Of a DNA stretch of 64,000 nucleotides, positions 27,880 through 38,126 are shown piece after piece. Source of the DNA: Abditibacteriota bacterium (GTDB lineage: Bacteria > Armatimonadota > UBA5829). The stretch lies in NCBI GenBank assembly GCA_942493375.1, contig OW818698.1, positions 1,813,455 to 1,877,454 of the forward strand, written 5' to 3'. Position numbers and translations under genes: made by a program. The first letter of the stretch is position 1, and every line of letters begins with the position of its first letter. The notes under the pieces were generated by a model, which was not told the DNA's origin, searched no databases, and saw only the letters and a program-made list of their open reading frames with translations.

Positions 27880-29250
27880 ATGCGCTTTACGGTGTTCGTC
27901 GCGGCTGCCTTGCTTTTGTCCACTCTGACCTCCCAGTTGCAGGCCTCCAATAATGAAGGAGGCTTGCTGATAGTTATTCCTGCCAGTCTGGAATCGGCAT
28001 TGAAAGATTATGTGAAGTTCAGAAGCAGGCAGATGGCGGTACAGGTCAGGACTCTGGAGAAGATAGTAAAATCGACCAAAGGCTATGATGATCCGGAGAA
28101 GCTTAAGAGGTTTATATATGATCAGTGGAAGAGCAGCAAACTTAAGTACGTCCTGCTGGTTGGTGATGCTGACATCATGCCTGTCAGATATGTAGCCGGA
28201 GATCGTATAACGGAAGCTGCGTTCGATTATGCCTTTTTTCCCTCTGATTTGTATTACGCCGACCTCGCCAGGCAGGATCAACGGTTTGATGACTGGAATT
28301 CCAACAAGCAAGACTATCACGCTGGCTATTTTGGGGAAATCAATGGGGAAAAACATAAAAACAACAGGATCAACTACGATGACATTGACTACCGGCCTGA
28401 AATAGGTGTAGGTCGGTGGCCAGTGAACAGCAAGACTGAGATTATCACGATTGCCAGGAAGACCGTTGAGTTCGAAAAGATGATATCCAGGAAAAGATCA
28501 GCAAACAGTCGTAAAATAGCATTGATAGCCACGGGCGATTGGATCGACAGCCGCGGTATACTGGATGATCTAGCGTCGGGAATGGCAAAAGGATGGACGA
28601 CTGAGAGGCTGTATTACAAGGACAAATCCCGTGATGACAAAACTCCACCAGTTAACAACAATGAAGTGATCAAGATATTGAATAATGGAGTTAATATAAT
28701 GCTGCATGCCGGGCATGGCAATGATGGCACTTGGGACGGTTGCCTTTCGGTTGCAGATATAACCAAGATGAACAACAAATATTATACACCAGTCATGTTT
28801 TCAGTCGGATGCTACACTGCCAGATTCGCCACACTTCCTCCATATGAAAGCTACACTGATATAAATGGAGCGGAGCATGCAGGAACAATTGCTGGAGAGG
28901 TCTTCACAACACCTCCTCCTCCACCTGCGCCATATCAGACCGGGAAACACAATATGACAGGACTCGGCGAAGTCATGCTTCGTCAGGGTGCAAACGGTGC
29001 AGTTGCCTATATAGGATGCAACACTGGTGGCCAGGAATGCGCACTGACCTTTATGCAGGGATTTATGCATTCATTTAAAGCATCAAAAAACAAAAGGTTT
29101 GGGGATTGCTGGAAAGAAGCGGTGGAGTATTATTACGAAAAGGAGAATCTGGGTACGTTGAAACCGACAGACGACTGGTATCCTCCAGCCATATTCATGC
29201 AAGCCATGAAGTTTATGGTGTATGGTGACCCTTCGCTCAAGATGCCCTGA
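27880..29250 (+). CDS. Secreted clan-CD cysteine peptidase, C25 (gingipain)-like
   Basis: AGGTGA RBS and a signal peptide. His/Cys dyad context 'MLHAGHGNDGTWDG' then 'VMFSVGCYTARF' about 30 aa later. A propeptide-like N-terminal region. Confidence 0.5.
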   Translation: MRFTVFVAAALLLSTLTSQLQASNNEGGLLIVIPASLESALKDYVKFRSRQMAVQVRTLEKIVKSTKGYDDPEKLKRFIYDQWKSSKLKYVLLVGDADIMPVRYVAGDRITEAAFDYAFFPSDLYYADLARQDQRFDDWNSNKQDYHAGYFGEINGEKHKNNRINYDDIDYRPEIGVGRWPVNSKTEIITIARKTVEFEKMISRKRSANSRKIALIATGDWIDSRGILDDLASGMAKGWTTERLYYKDKSRDDKTPPVNNNEVIKILNNGVNIMLHAGHGNDGTWDGCLSVADITKMNNKYYTPVMFSVGCYTARFATLPPYESYTDINGAEHAGTIAGEVFTTPPPPPAPYQTGKHNMTGLGEVMLRQGANGAVAYIGCNTGGQECALTFMQGFMHSFKASKNKRFGDCWKEAVEYYYEKENLGTLKPTDDWYPPAIFMQAMKFMVYGDPSLKMP

Positions 29251-29632
29251 TCAGACAACACCAATCTCTTAAGTGTAATGAAACAGGTCCTTGATGGCGG
29301 GTGTGAACTCGATTTCGATCTCACACCCCAGGTTTCTGTGCTTCGGTAATCGAACGCACTGGAACAGCCTTGGTCAGATTCTTAAGAGTCTGTTTTGGTG
29401 CATAATTAGAAACTGCTGAAAGAAATATGAGTGGGAATAGGATGATATAGCTCTCAGGCGAGGAGAATGAGTATGGCAGAAAATCCTACAGACATAGATG
29501 AATATCTGGCAACCATACCCGATGACAAACGTGAAGCGCTTGAGGTAACAGTTCAGACTTGTGGGAATTTGTCATCCTGAGGAACGAATGATGACAATTT
29601 TACAAAGCTCGATATCTTCAAAGGAGCAATAT

Positions 29633-30712
29633 ATGAAAGTTTCAGTGTTAGGTAGTGGACAGATGGGGGAGAGTGTTATCCAACATCTGCTGCCCAGTCC
29701 TGAAGTACAAGAGATAACCGCATATGATGTAAATGCAGAGCGTCTGCAGGAACTCAAAGATAAATATGGTATACAGGTAACAGATGATCTGGACCAGGTG
29801 CTTTCGAATAAGGCAATAGAGCTGGTATTCATCGCTTCACCTAACCATACTCATAAGTCGCTGGCAATTCAATGTATGGAGGCCGGTAAGGCAGTACTGT
29901 GCGAAAAACCGATGGCTAATACATATGAAGACGCCAAGGAGCTGGTTGAGAAATCAGAGGAACTCGGTGCCTTCCTGCAAATTGGTTTTGAGTGCCGCTA
30001 TTCCAAGCTCTATACCACAGTAAAAGAATGGATTGATGCCGGGTTGCTTGGGGATGTCGTAAACACCCACACCAACTATGTCTCCAGTGAATTCCATCAC
30101 AAGGACAACTGGCGTAACAAAAAGGCAACCGGCGGCAGTATGTTCAACGAAAAGCTCTGCCACTATGTCGACCTCCCACGCTGGTGGATCGGTTCAAAGG
30201 TCAAAGACGTCATCTCGATCTGTTCACCGAATGTAATCCCGTACTATGAAGTCCGGGACAACTACCACACAACATATCGGTTTGAAAACGGAGCAGTCAG
30301 CCATCTGACCTTTATGATGATAGTCGGAGCTATGTTCCAGGGTGATCCTGACAAGAACGTAGTAGACCAGCAGCAGGGCGATGGGCACGAACTGCGGTGC
30401 TTGATAGTCGGCACAAAGGGAGCAGCTGAAGTTGATGTCTTCAAGCGCAGTATCAAGCGCTGGGAGTTCAGAGACGGCCCCAAATGCCTGGAAAGCCACT
30501 GGGTCGACACACAATACTATCCTGCAGAAGAAGAGCACAAATACACCCACAACACCAATGACCAGAGCCTGGATATTGTCAGACGGGTAGCTAACGGCCT
30601 GCCCCCAATGACCCCAGCCAGAGACTCCCTGGATTCCATGGCCCTCTGCTTCGCCGCAGAGCTTTCAGCAGACACAGGGGACATTGTTTCTATTGAAACA
30701 ATTTCTTTGTAA
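29633..30712 (+). CDS. Gfo/Idh/MocA-family NAD(P)-dependent oxidoreductase
   Basis: AAGGAG RBS. 'MKVSVLGSGQMG' Rossmann N-terminus, and 'EKP' plus an 'FECRYS' dimerisation region. The upstream in-frame extension from 29561 reads through a repeat element. Confidence 0.8.
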   Translation: MKVSVLGSGQMGESVIQHLLPSPEVQEITAYDVNAERLQELKDKYGIQVTDDLDQVLSNKAIELVFIASPNHTHKSLAIQCMEAGKAVLCEKPMANTYEDAKELVEKSEELGAFLQIGFECRYSKLYTTVKEWIDAGLLGDVVNTHTNYVSSEFHHKDNWRNKKATGGSMFNEKLCHYVDLPRWWIGSKVKDVISICSPNVIPYYEVRDNYHTTYRFENGAVSHLTFMMIVGAMFQGDPDKNVVDQQQGDGHELRCLIVGTKGAAEVDVFKRSIKRWEFRDGPKCLESHWVDTQYYPAEEEHKYTHNTNDQSLDIVRRVANGLPPMTPARDSLDSMALCFAAELSADTGDIVSIETISL

Positions 30713-30733
30713 TTGATAATTGACAATGGACAA
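30701..30733. repeat. (AATTGAT)n-type heptamer repeat at the 3' end of the oxidoreductase gene
   Basis: 'aattgataattgacaatggacaattgataatgg'. The same motif forms an inverted pair at 39763..39860. Confidence 0.5.
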
Positions 30734-30854
30734 TTGATAATGGAAACGGTAAACTCGTTCGTCCTGAACTTGTCGAAGGACGCGTGGAGAACAGAACCAT
30801 TGCTCGCACACGATTGCAAATCGTGTGCATAATATAAAAACTAGGAGTAATTAA

Positions 30855-31328
30855 TTGGGAAGACTGGATGACGTTATTTTACATGGTGAAGAGGAACAGA
30901 AGGCGCTCGCAGGGATATTTAAACAGATATCCGAATGGGGATTAAAACTACCGGCGGTTACACCCTACCCTCTTCACTTTGGACTTGGAAAGTTTTATGA
31001 GACCGGAGAGACCGAGTTCTGGATTGCCAACGAAGAAGAGCACGGTTACTGCGGAAAGTATCTGTTCGTCTTTGATGGCCAGACCTGCCCCTATCACCAC
31101 CATGTGGTAAAGCACGAGACATTCTTTGTGGTCAAAGGCAAAATCAGCATGAAAGTCGGAGAAGAGGTCAGGGAAATGAGTGAAGGGGACCTGCTGGTAA
31201 TGCCCCCGCTCCTCGATCACTCATTCACAGGAATTGGTCCTGCGCTTATCCTGGAAGTCTCAATGCCCAGCATACCAAACGACAGTTTCTTCGAGAATAA
31301 AGCTATCGGTGAAAATGGGGTTCTGTAA
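30855..31328 (+). CDS. Cupin-fold sugar isomerase (D-lyxose/mannose isomerase-like)
   Basis: 'YLFVFDGQTCPYHHH...ETFFVVKG' two-His cupin motif. 157 aa. Confidence 0.6.
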   Translation: MGRLDDVILHGEEEQKALAGIFKQISEWGLKLPAVTPYPLHFGLGKFYETGETEFWIANEEEHGYCGKYLFVFDGQTCPYHHHVVKHETFFVVKGKISMKVGEEVREMSEGDLLVMPPLLDHSFTGIGPALILEVSMPSIPNDSFFENKAIGENGVL

Positions 31329-31352
31329 ACACACCATACAATACAGTACCGT

Positions 31353-31430
31353 GTCATCCTGAAGAATGAAGGATCTGCTTTTTCCTTCTTGGATATGTTG
31401 AAAGCAGATCCTTCGTTCCTCAGGATGACA
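31353..31430. repeat. GTCATTCTGA-family inverted-repeat element (full copy, 'gtcatcctga' variant)
   Basis: Arms 'tgtcatcctgaagaatgaaggatctgcttt' and 'aaagcagatccttcgttcctcaggatgaca'. Confidence 0.6.
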
Positions 31431-31493
31431 AGGTACGAAGGATGACATTATAAAAAAACTGGTCAAAGTGGACCAATGTATCCGGAGGTAAGT

Positions 31494-33732
31494 ATGTATA
31501 AGTTATTAGCAGCAGCGGTTCTAATAGGAATCGTTGCAATACTATCAATTCCAGCACAGACTATAACCCTGGCAAAAAACAGCAAGACCGACTATGTAAT
31601 CGTAACACCAACTTACAATGTAGAGTCTGAACTTACAGCCGCTAGAGAGCTGCAGAGCCATCTAAAACAGATCACTGGCGCAGACTTCCCTATCCTGCCT
31701 GAAACCAGCCTGGGAGCACGCACAAAATTTATCCTGGTTGGTCAGACCGAGATGACAAAAAAGCTCGTGCCGGATGCCAAATGGGCATCGCTGGGAACTG
31801 AAGGCATTCTGTTAAGGACAGTTGGAGACACCCTTGTTCTGACAGGAGGTAGACCCAGGGGAGTTATATACTCTGTCTATACATTCCTGGAGGATGTGAT
31901 TGGTGTAAGATGGTGGAGCCACAACGAGAGCTTCATTCCGAACAAACCTGTTTTGACAATCGACAAACTAAACACTAGATATGTCCCTCAAATTGTGTCC
32001 CGTGAAGCTCATTTCTATGAGCCTAATAATTATGGTATATATGCCGCGAGAACCAAACAAACCGGACACTTCCATCCTGTTCCACAATCATACGGTGGAC
32101 ACTACAAACTGATTGGATGGTGCCATACCTTCTATGGTCTCATTCCTCCGGACAAATACTTCGCTCAACATCCTGAATGGTTCAGTATGCTGGATGGGAA
32201 ACGCACTGCCAATGGAGGCCAACTCTGCCTGGCAAATGAAGAGATGCGTAAGGAGCTTGTAAAGAATGCGCTGGAATGGATAGCTAGAGATCCGGAAGCA
32301 GGGATAATTTCTATCGCACAAAACGACTGGGCTGGACAGTGTCAGTGTCCTGATTGCAAGGCCGTCGATGAAAAGGAAGAATCTCCGGCGGGTAGTATTG
32401 TCTATTTTGTCAATAAAGTGGCTGAAGACATCCACAAGAAATATCCAAATTTCCTGGTCGAAACCCTGGCATACTGGTACAGCCGAAAAGCTCCAAAAGT
32501 ACGCCAAACCCGGACCTAACGTACTTATCAGACTGTGCAGCATTGAGCTTGATTATGGAATACCAATTACTGATCCACGCAGCAAGTCCTTTATGGATGA
32601 CTTGAACAAGTGGAGCGCTATCTCTCACAACATGTACATCTGGAGCTATATAGCCAGTTTCGGCAACTATCTGCAACCGAATCCTTGCCTGCCTGTATAT
32701 GGTCCTAACATCAGAGAGTTCGCAAAGAACAAGGCTGTTGGCGTCTTTATGCAGGGGGACTCATACAATGAAGCTACCTGCTTCGTTCGACTCAGGTCAT
32801 GGGTCATAGCCCATCTGCTGTGGAATCCTTATCAGGATGAGAATAAACTGATCAAAGAGTTTATGGATGGCTACTATGGACCAGCAAGTCCATACCTTAC
32901 CAGCTATTTGAAGCTGATCGATGAAGCATATGCCAAACGAGATCCAAACGGTTGGATGAACCCTGAGGCAATCTTCAAAGGCCAGAAACTTTTTGACCAG
33001 GCTGCTGCAGCTGTTGCGTCTGACCCGGTTATATCAGACAGAGTCAGTCGAGAGCGAATTCCACTGGACTATCTCTGGATAATAGATTATGCCAAATTGC
33101 AGAGTTGGGCTAAAGACAACAATCAGGAATTCATCGGCCCCAAAGACCCGATCGCTGCAGTAGATGAATTCATGGCTAAAACCAAAAAGTATAATGTCCA
33201 ATACTCCAGAGAAGGTGGTCCATTGGTTGAGCCAAGGAGCTGGAAGATGAAGTTTGCTCCAGCAGCAGGACCTCCCGCGGAACTGGGAGATCTGACCGGC
33301 AAGAAAACATTCGACATCCAGGAACCCAAGTTCCGTCTGTTTGGTGAAGGACAATGGGTCAGCCTGATAGAGACTCCCGATGCATCCAACAAAGTAACCT
33401 GCATCATGCCAGGCTCAGGAACAAACTGGGCAGTGCAAGCACCAATAGACGGAGAAACCCAGGGCAAATGGCACTGCTATGCATCAGTGAAAGTAGATGC
33501 CATCGCAGCAACCGGCACTGCGTTTATAGCAGGCATATATAATACCGTAACTCCTGAGACTTCAATCACAACGCCAATAAGTATCGAACAGTCCGGGAGT
33601 GGGAAGTATAAGCTTATTGACCTCGGAGTTCAAGACCTGAAGCTCGGGATGTATTTCTGGTTCTCCCCAGCAAACAATCCGGATGCAATCAGAAGCATAT
33701 CCATAGACCGCATATTCCTTGTCGCTGAGTGA
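31494..33732 (+). pseudogene. DUF4838-family secreted glycoside-hydrolase-like gene interrupted by a frameshift near 32480-32520 (or a sequencing error)
   Basis: ORF 31476..32519 carries a signal peptide and ends '...ETLAYWYSRKAPK'. ORF 32368..33732 is in the +1 frame and continues the same domain ('KYAKPGPNVLIRLCSIELDYG'). The two overlap by about 150 nt around an A-rich run. Confidence 0.55.
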
Positions 33733-33760
33733 GTTCTGCAGGTGCATTAAAATGAAATAT

Positions 33761-33879
33761 CCGCAGATTTCACAGATTTACGCAGATTAGGGAAAACAGT
33801 CAAGGCTGGCAGATGTATTGCCAGCCTTATTGTGTAATGCTCATATTATAATCACCATAATCTGCGAAATCTGCGGATA
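33761..33879. repeat. ~119-bp MITE-like element with (AATCTGCG)n terminal inverted repeats
   Basis: Left 'ccgcagatttcacagatttacgcagatt' and right 'aatctgcgaaatctgcgg' are inverted. The internal palindrome is 'ggctggcagatgtattgccagcc'. Solo direct-repeat copies occur at 1752..1780 and 35103..35130. Confidence 0.55.
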
Positions 33880-33909
33880 CTCTATTAAATTTGGCTATGG
33901 AGACGAATA

Positions 33910-34977
33910 ATGAATGAGATGACGACTAAAGAGCGCGTAAAGCGGATGTATGAACATAAAGAAGCGGATAGAGTGCCTGTAACCGACGGTCCGTGGGCAT
34001 CTACAATCGAGAGATGGCATAGAGAGGGCATGCCGGAGAATATCAGTTATGTCGATTATTTCGGATTGGACAAGTTCGAAATGATTGTGCCGGATAACAG
34101 TCCTCGCTTCCCCGCTCAGGTTCTGGAAGAAACAGAAGACTACAACATAGTAAAGACAAACTGGGGTGCAACTCTCAAGAACTGGCGGCATATCGGCGGT
34201 GTCCCTGAATTTCTTGATTTTACCATCACGAATGCGGATACCTGGGCGGAAGCAAAAACCAGAATGGTGCCTTCACGTGACAGGATTGATTGGACTTCCC
34301 TGGATCAAAACTATAAAATGTGGCGCAACAATGGCGCATGGATATCGGGACTGGCATGGTTTGGTTTCGATGTCACTCATTCATGGGTTGTGGGAACCGA
34401 GCGAACTCTGATGGCTATGGCAACTGATCCGGAATGGATTGTCGATTTCTGGAACCATACTCTTGATTTAAGCCTTAATCTAATGGAAATGATCTGGGAT
34501 GCCGGATACGAGTTCGATGAACTGGCCTGGCTTGATGATATGGGATATAAGGGCCATCCGTTCTTTTCAATCGAAATGTACCGTGAACTGCTCAAACCAG
34601 TACATAAGCGTGCTACTGACTGGGCTCACAACAAGGGAATCAATGTAAGACTCCACTCCTGCGGTGACATACGAACCCTGATCCCGGATCTTATTGAAAT
34701 CGGTGTTCAGATGTTGAACCCTATAGAGGTCAAGGCAGGTATGGATCCATTGGCACTCAAGAAACAATATGGCGATAAGCTAGGATTCCACGGGGGCTTG
34801 AATGCAGTTCTTTATGAGCATCCGGAAACAATGTGGGATGAAATGAGACGGGTCATACCAGTAATGAAACAAAACGGCGGTTATATAATCAGCTCAGACC
34901 ACTCAGTGCCGGATTCCGTGAGCCTTGAGGAGTTTGGAGCATTCATTGATCTAGCCAAGCAGCTGGCCATATATTAG
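33910..34977 (+). CDS. Uroporphyrinogen-decarboxylase (URO-D)-family protein (MtaA/CmuA-like)
   Basis: URO-D-fold blocks across 355 aa ('GFHGGLNAVL', 'VRLHSCGD'). No haem-pathway neighbours. Confidence 0.6.
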   Translation: MNEMTTKERVKRMYEHKEADRVPVTDGPWASTIERWHREGMPENISYVDYFGLDKFEMIVPDNSPRFPAQVLEETEDYNIVKTNWGATLKNWRHIGGVPEFLDFTITNADTWAEAKTRMVPSRDRIDWTSLDQNYKMWRNNGAWISGLAWFGFDVTHSWVVGTERTLMAMATDPEWIVDFWNHTLDLSLNLMEMIWDAGYEFDELAWLDDMGYKGHPFFSIEMYRELLKPVHKRATDWAHNKGINVRLHSCGDIRTLIPDLIEIGVQMLNPIEVKAGMDPLALKKQYGDKLGFHGGLNAVLYEHPETMWDEMRRVIPVMKQNGGYIISSDHSVPDSVSLEEFGAFIDLAKQLAIY

Positions 34978-35190
34978 AAAGCTATCAATCATGAATGCGG
35001 ACTAGTGGACAGTAAACATCCACTCATATGTATACTGTCCACCCAATTTTTCGTGTATTCAGTGCAAATGCGGTGTCATTTTTACATGTGGTTGTGTTCC
35101 CAAATCTGCGTAAATCTGCGAAATCTGCTGATGATTTAATACCCCAGTCTCCAATTAGCATCCATCTATATTCTTACATCCCAGCTTGTT

Positions 35191-35216
35191 TTCCGTGTAT
35201 TCAGTGTATTCCGTGG
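35191..35216. promoter_or_regulatory. Conserved 26-bp direct-repeat motif TTCCGTGTATTCAGTGTATTCCGTGG (copy 2)
   Basis: Identical to 5255..5280. It lies ~105 bp upstream of the FGGY kinase start. Confidence 0.35.
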
Positions 35217-35320
35217 TTATTTCCCCAGCTTCTCCCTTCCAATATCCGTCCAGCCCGTATATAATAGTTTGCAGACTCTCGCGCAATGTTTAAAATAACA
35301 CGCGATAACCTATAGGGGTT

Positions 35321-36811
35321 TTGAATATGGCTACTGACTCTACATTTTTAGCATTTGACTTCGGCGCCGAAAGTGGACGGGCGCTTCTTGGTGAGATTAA
35401 GGACGGAAAACTTACTCTTAGAGACATCCACCGGTTCCCGAATGTACCTGTCATGGTGCTTGGGAAATTCCACTGGGATGTCCTGAGATTGTTCAATGAA
35501 ATCAGACACGGCTTGCGTTTGGCTGTTCAGGAGACCGGCGGGAAGATCGACGGAATCGGCATCGACACCTGGGGAGTAGACTTTGCTCTGCTGGGTGAAG
35601 ATGGCGAACCGATCGGAATGCCTTTCCACTACAGAGATGAGCGGACTAACGGAATGATGGAGAAAGCGTTCTCAATCGTTCCCAAGGCTGAGATCTGGGA
35701 CAAGACCGGAATCCAGTTCATGCAGCTCAACTCACTGTATCAGCTGGTTGCACTGGCTGTCAGTGATTCACCTGCTTTGAAGAATACAGAAAAGCTGCTG
35801 ATGATCCCGGACCTGTTCAACTACTGGTTGACTGGAGTCGGGGTTTCAGAGTTCTCTATTGCATCTACCAGCCAGGTTTACAACCCGGTGACAGGTGGAT
35901 GGGATGAGGACCTGCTGAAAAAGATCGGCGTGGATCCTGCCATTATGCCTGAGATTGTCCAGCCTGGCGCTAAGATAGGCAATCTGGACAGCAAACTGGC
36001 TGCTGAGATGGGATTGACTAATGACATCCCTGTATTTGCTCCCTGCTGCCACGACACAGGCAGTGCAGTCGCTGCAGTACCTGCAACTACAGATAAGTTT
36101 GTATACATCAGCTCAGGAACATGGTCACTGATGGGCACCGAAATCGACAAACCGCTGCTCAGCCGTGAAGCAATGGAAGCCGGATTCACCAATGAAGGTG
36201 GAGTAGCCGGGACATTCAGATTCCTGCATAATATTATGGGACTGTGGATTGTTCAGGAATGCCGCAGAACATGGCTTGCACGCGGAGAAGAGATGTCCTA
36301 CACGGAAATCACTTCAATGGCTGCAGAGTCCGAAGGGTTCAGGTCTATCATTGACCCGGATGATGTAATATTCCTGACTCCTGGAGATATGCCTGCACGT
36401 ATCCAGGACTACTGTGCAAAATCCGGTCAGCCGGTGCCTGAAACATACGGACAGATAATCCGCTGTGCATTGGATGGCCTTGCACTTCGGTACAGAGATA
36501 CACTGGAGAAACTTGAAAAGCTGCACCAGTGTGAGTTTGAGGCATTCCACATTGTTGGTGGAGGTATTCAGAACAAACTCCTTTGCCAGATTACAGCCGA
36601 TGCTACCGGACGCAAAATAACCACCGGCCCAATTGAAGCTACAGCAGCTGGAAACATATTGGTGCAGGCTCTAGGAGCTGGCAAAGTGGAATCTCTAGCC
36701 GAAATACGCAAGATTGTCCGCAGATCGTTTGATGTTGAAGAGTTCACCCCAAGGGCTTCAACCACGCTAGAAAAAGCTTATGCAAAGTTCCAGGATTTAC
36801 AAAAAGGTTAA
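35321..36811 (+). CDS. FGGY-family carbohydrate kinase (rhamnulokinase-like)
   Basis: N-terminal 'FLAFDFGAESGRALLG' FGGY phosphate-1 motif. 496 aa. A terminator follows. Confidence 0.75.
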   Translation: MNMATDSTFLAFDFGAESGRALLGEIKDGKLTLRDIHRFPNVPVMVLGKFHWDVLRLFNEIRHGLRLAVQETGGKIDGIGIDTWGVDFALLGEDGEPIGMPFHYRDERTNGMMEKAFSIVPKAEIWDKTGIQFMQLNSLYQLVALAVSDSPALKNTEKLLMIPDLFNYWLTGVGVSEFSIASTSQVYNPVTGGWDEDLLKKIGVDPAIMPEIVQPGAKIGNLDSKLAAEMGLTNDIPVFAPCCHDTGSAVAAVPATTDKFVYISSGTWSLMGTEIDKPLLSREAMEAGFTNEGGVAGTFRFLHNIMGLWIVQECRRTWLARGEEMSYTEITSMAAESEGFRSIIDPDDVIFLTPGDMPARIQDYCAKSGQPVPETYGQIIRCALDGLALRYRDTLEKLEKLHQCEFEAFHIVGGGIQNKLLCQITADATGRKITTGPIEATAAGNILVQALGAGKVESLAEIRKIVRRSFDVEEFTPRASTTLEKAYAKFQDLQKG

Positions 36812-36821
36812 TTAGATTACA

Positions 36822-36853
36822 GCGGGGTGGATCTCTAGTTCCACCCCGTTTTA
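36822..36853 (+). terminator. Rho-independent terminator
   Basis: 'gcggggtggatctctagttccaccccg' stem-loop followed by TTTT. Confidence 0.7.
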
Positions 36854-37028
36854 AAGCCACAGTCTACATATTTCTACCTATCCAGCTCTTTTTTCCTCTT
36901 TTCTGCGTTTTTAATGTTTCTATGCTTCTATCCAGGGTATATAACATACTATTGTATGCAAAAGCAACACGCCTTTGTGTAACACAAGCATTCAAACCAA
37001 GTTGATTGATTTCAAGGGGGAGATTGAA

Positions 37029-37346
37029 ATGGCTGGAGTAAAACCAGGTCCGAATGCGGGTTCTGATGGAGCCCGAAGAATTGCACAGGCCCACAGTGGG
37101 TCGCATGATCATGACCGCAGAGGTGGATTTGCAGCAAATCCTGAACTGGCACGAGAAGCAGGCAGGCGAGGTGGTCAGATAGTAAAAGATAAATATGGTG
37201 ATGATTTCTATCGAGAGATAGGTAAACGCGGCGGTGAAACGGTTAAGAAAGAACGTGGAGCTGAGTTCTACGCAACTATCGGCAAGATCGGTGGAGACAA
37301 ACGCAGTCAGAGAATGAAATCAGCAGAAGAGCCTCCGCACATCTAA
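37029..37346 (+). CDS. KGG-repeat general stress protein (YciG/Con-6-like)
   Basis: An 'AAGGGGGAG' RBS lies upstream of 'MAGVKPGPN'. Repeated 'GG...EFY..IG.KGG' motifs. Confidence 0.65.
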   Translation: MAGVKPGPNAGSDGARRIAQAHSGSHDHDRRGGFAANPELAREAGRRGGQIVKDKYGDDFYREIGKRGGETVKKERGAEFYATIGKIGGDKRSQRMKSAEEPPHI

Positions 37347-37510
37347 CTCACATTATTCACTAAGCCTCACTTTTATCCGGAAGAATGGGCAAAAGTTGAG
37401 TTGGTCATGAATAACGAGGGCTAGTGCATAGCGAAGCGAGATTTGTTATGGCGATTTTTGGGATGCGGGCAACCATACTTGTGGGTATGCCCGTATCTGT
37501 ATTTTTTCGC

Positions 37511-38026
37511 CTATTCTTCTTTGAGCCCAACAGCACGCAGTATGTGTTCGGCCATATATATTTGTGACTTAGCCCTCAGTGCGAGTGCTATGGCATCACT
37601 CGGGCGGCTGTCTATCACGATTTCGGTTCCATTAGAGATTATGGTCACCTTGGCGTAATATGTCCCATTCCAAAGGTCATCTATCAATATACGCGATACT
37701 GATCCACCCAGCTTGTTAATGACATTGTTCAACAGGTCATGAGTCAGTGGCCTATCCGCACTGTGCCCTTCTAATGCCAAAGAGATAGCCATGGCCTCAA
37801 ACCGACCTATGACAATCAGGACGGTTCTGTCCTTTTTATCTCTAACAAGCACCACAAATTCAGATTGGTGGTCTTCCTCACGTACACGGTGCTCATAGAC
37901 TCCGACAACACTGACCTCATGCTCCTCACCATCTTCAGGAACACTGTCTTCCGGCCTATCACCGAATGGATTATTCAGAAAATCGTCGGGCAGATCATCA
38001 CCGAACTTGAACTCGTCTTCAGTCAC
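37511..38026 (-). CDS. Bifunctional nuclease family (DUF151/BFN) protein with an acidic N-terminal tail
   Basis: 'YAKVTIISNGTEIVIDSRPSDAIALALRAKSQIYMAEHIL' BFN-domain block. Confidence 0.6.
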   Translation of the reverse strand: MTEDEFKFGDDLPDDFLNNPFGDRPEDSVPEDGEEHEVSVVGVYEHRVREEDHQSEFVVLVRDKKDRTVLIVIGRFEAMAISLALEGHSADRPLTHDLLNNVINKLGGSVSRILIDDLWNGTYYAKVTIISNGTEIVIDSRPSDAIALALRAKSQIYMAEHILRAVGLKEE

Positions 38027-38126
38027 CTAAGTCGCCTCAACTGGGGAACAATTCTCTTCATGCTGGAACAATTCCAGCATGAAGAAGTTTTCATAACATA
38101 ATAGATATTTCTAAATGAGTGATGTC

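Noticed and set aside
27856-28356. 166-aa ORF on the - strand
   Set aside because: It lies antisense to the C25-like peptidase gene, has no motifs and is hydrophobic junk.
29561-29632. Upstream in-frame extension of the Gfo/Idh/MocA gene
   Set aside because: It runs through a repeat element. A strong AAGGAG RBS precedes 'MKVSVLGSGQMG', the canonical N-terminus.
31476-33732. Treating ORFs 31476..32519 and 32368..33732 as two separate genes
   Set aside because: The second ORF continues the same DUF4838-type domain in the +1 frame, so it is better explained as a single frameshifted gene.
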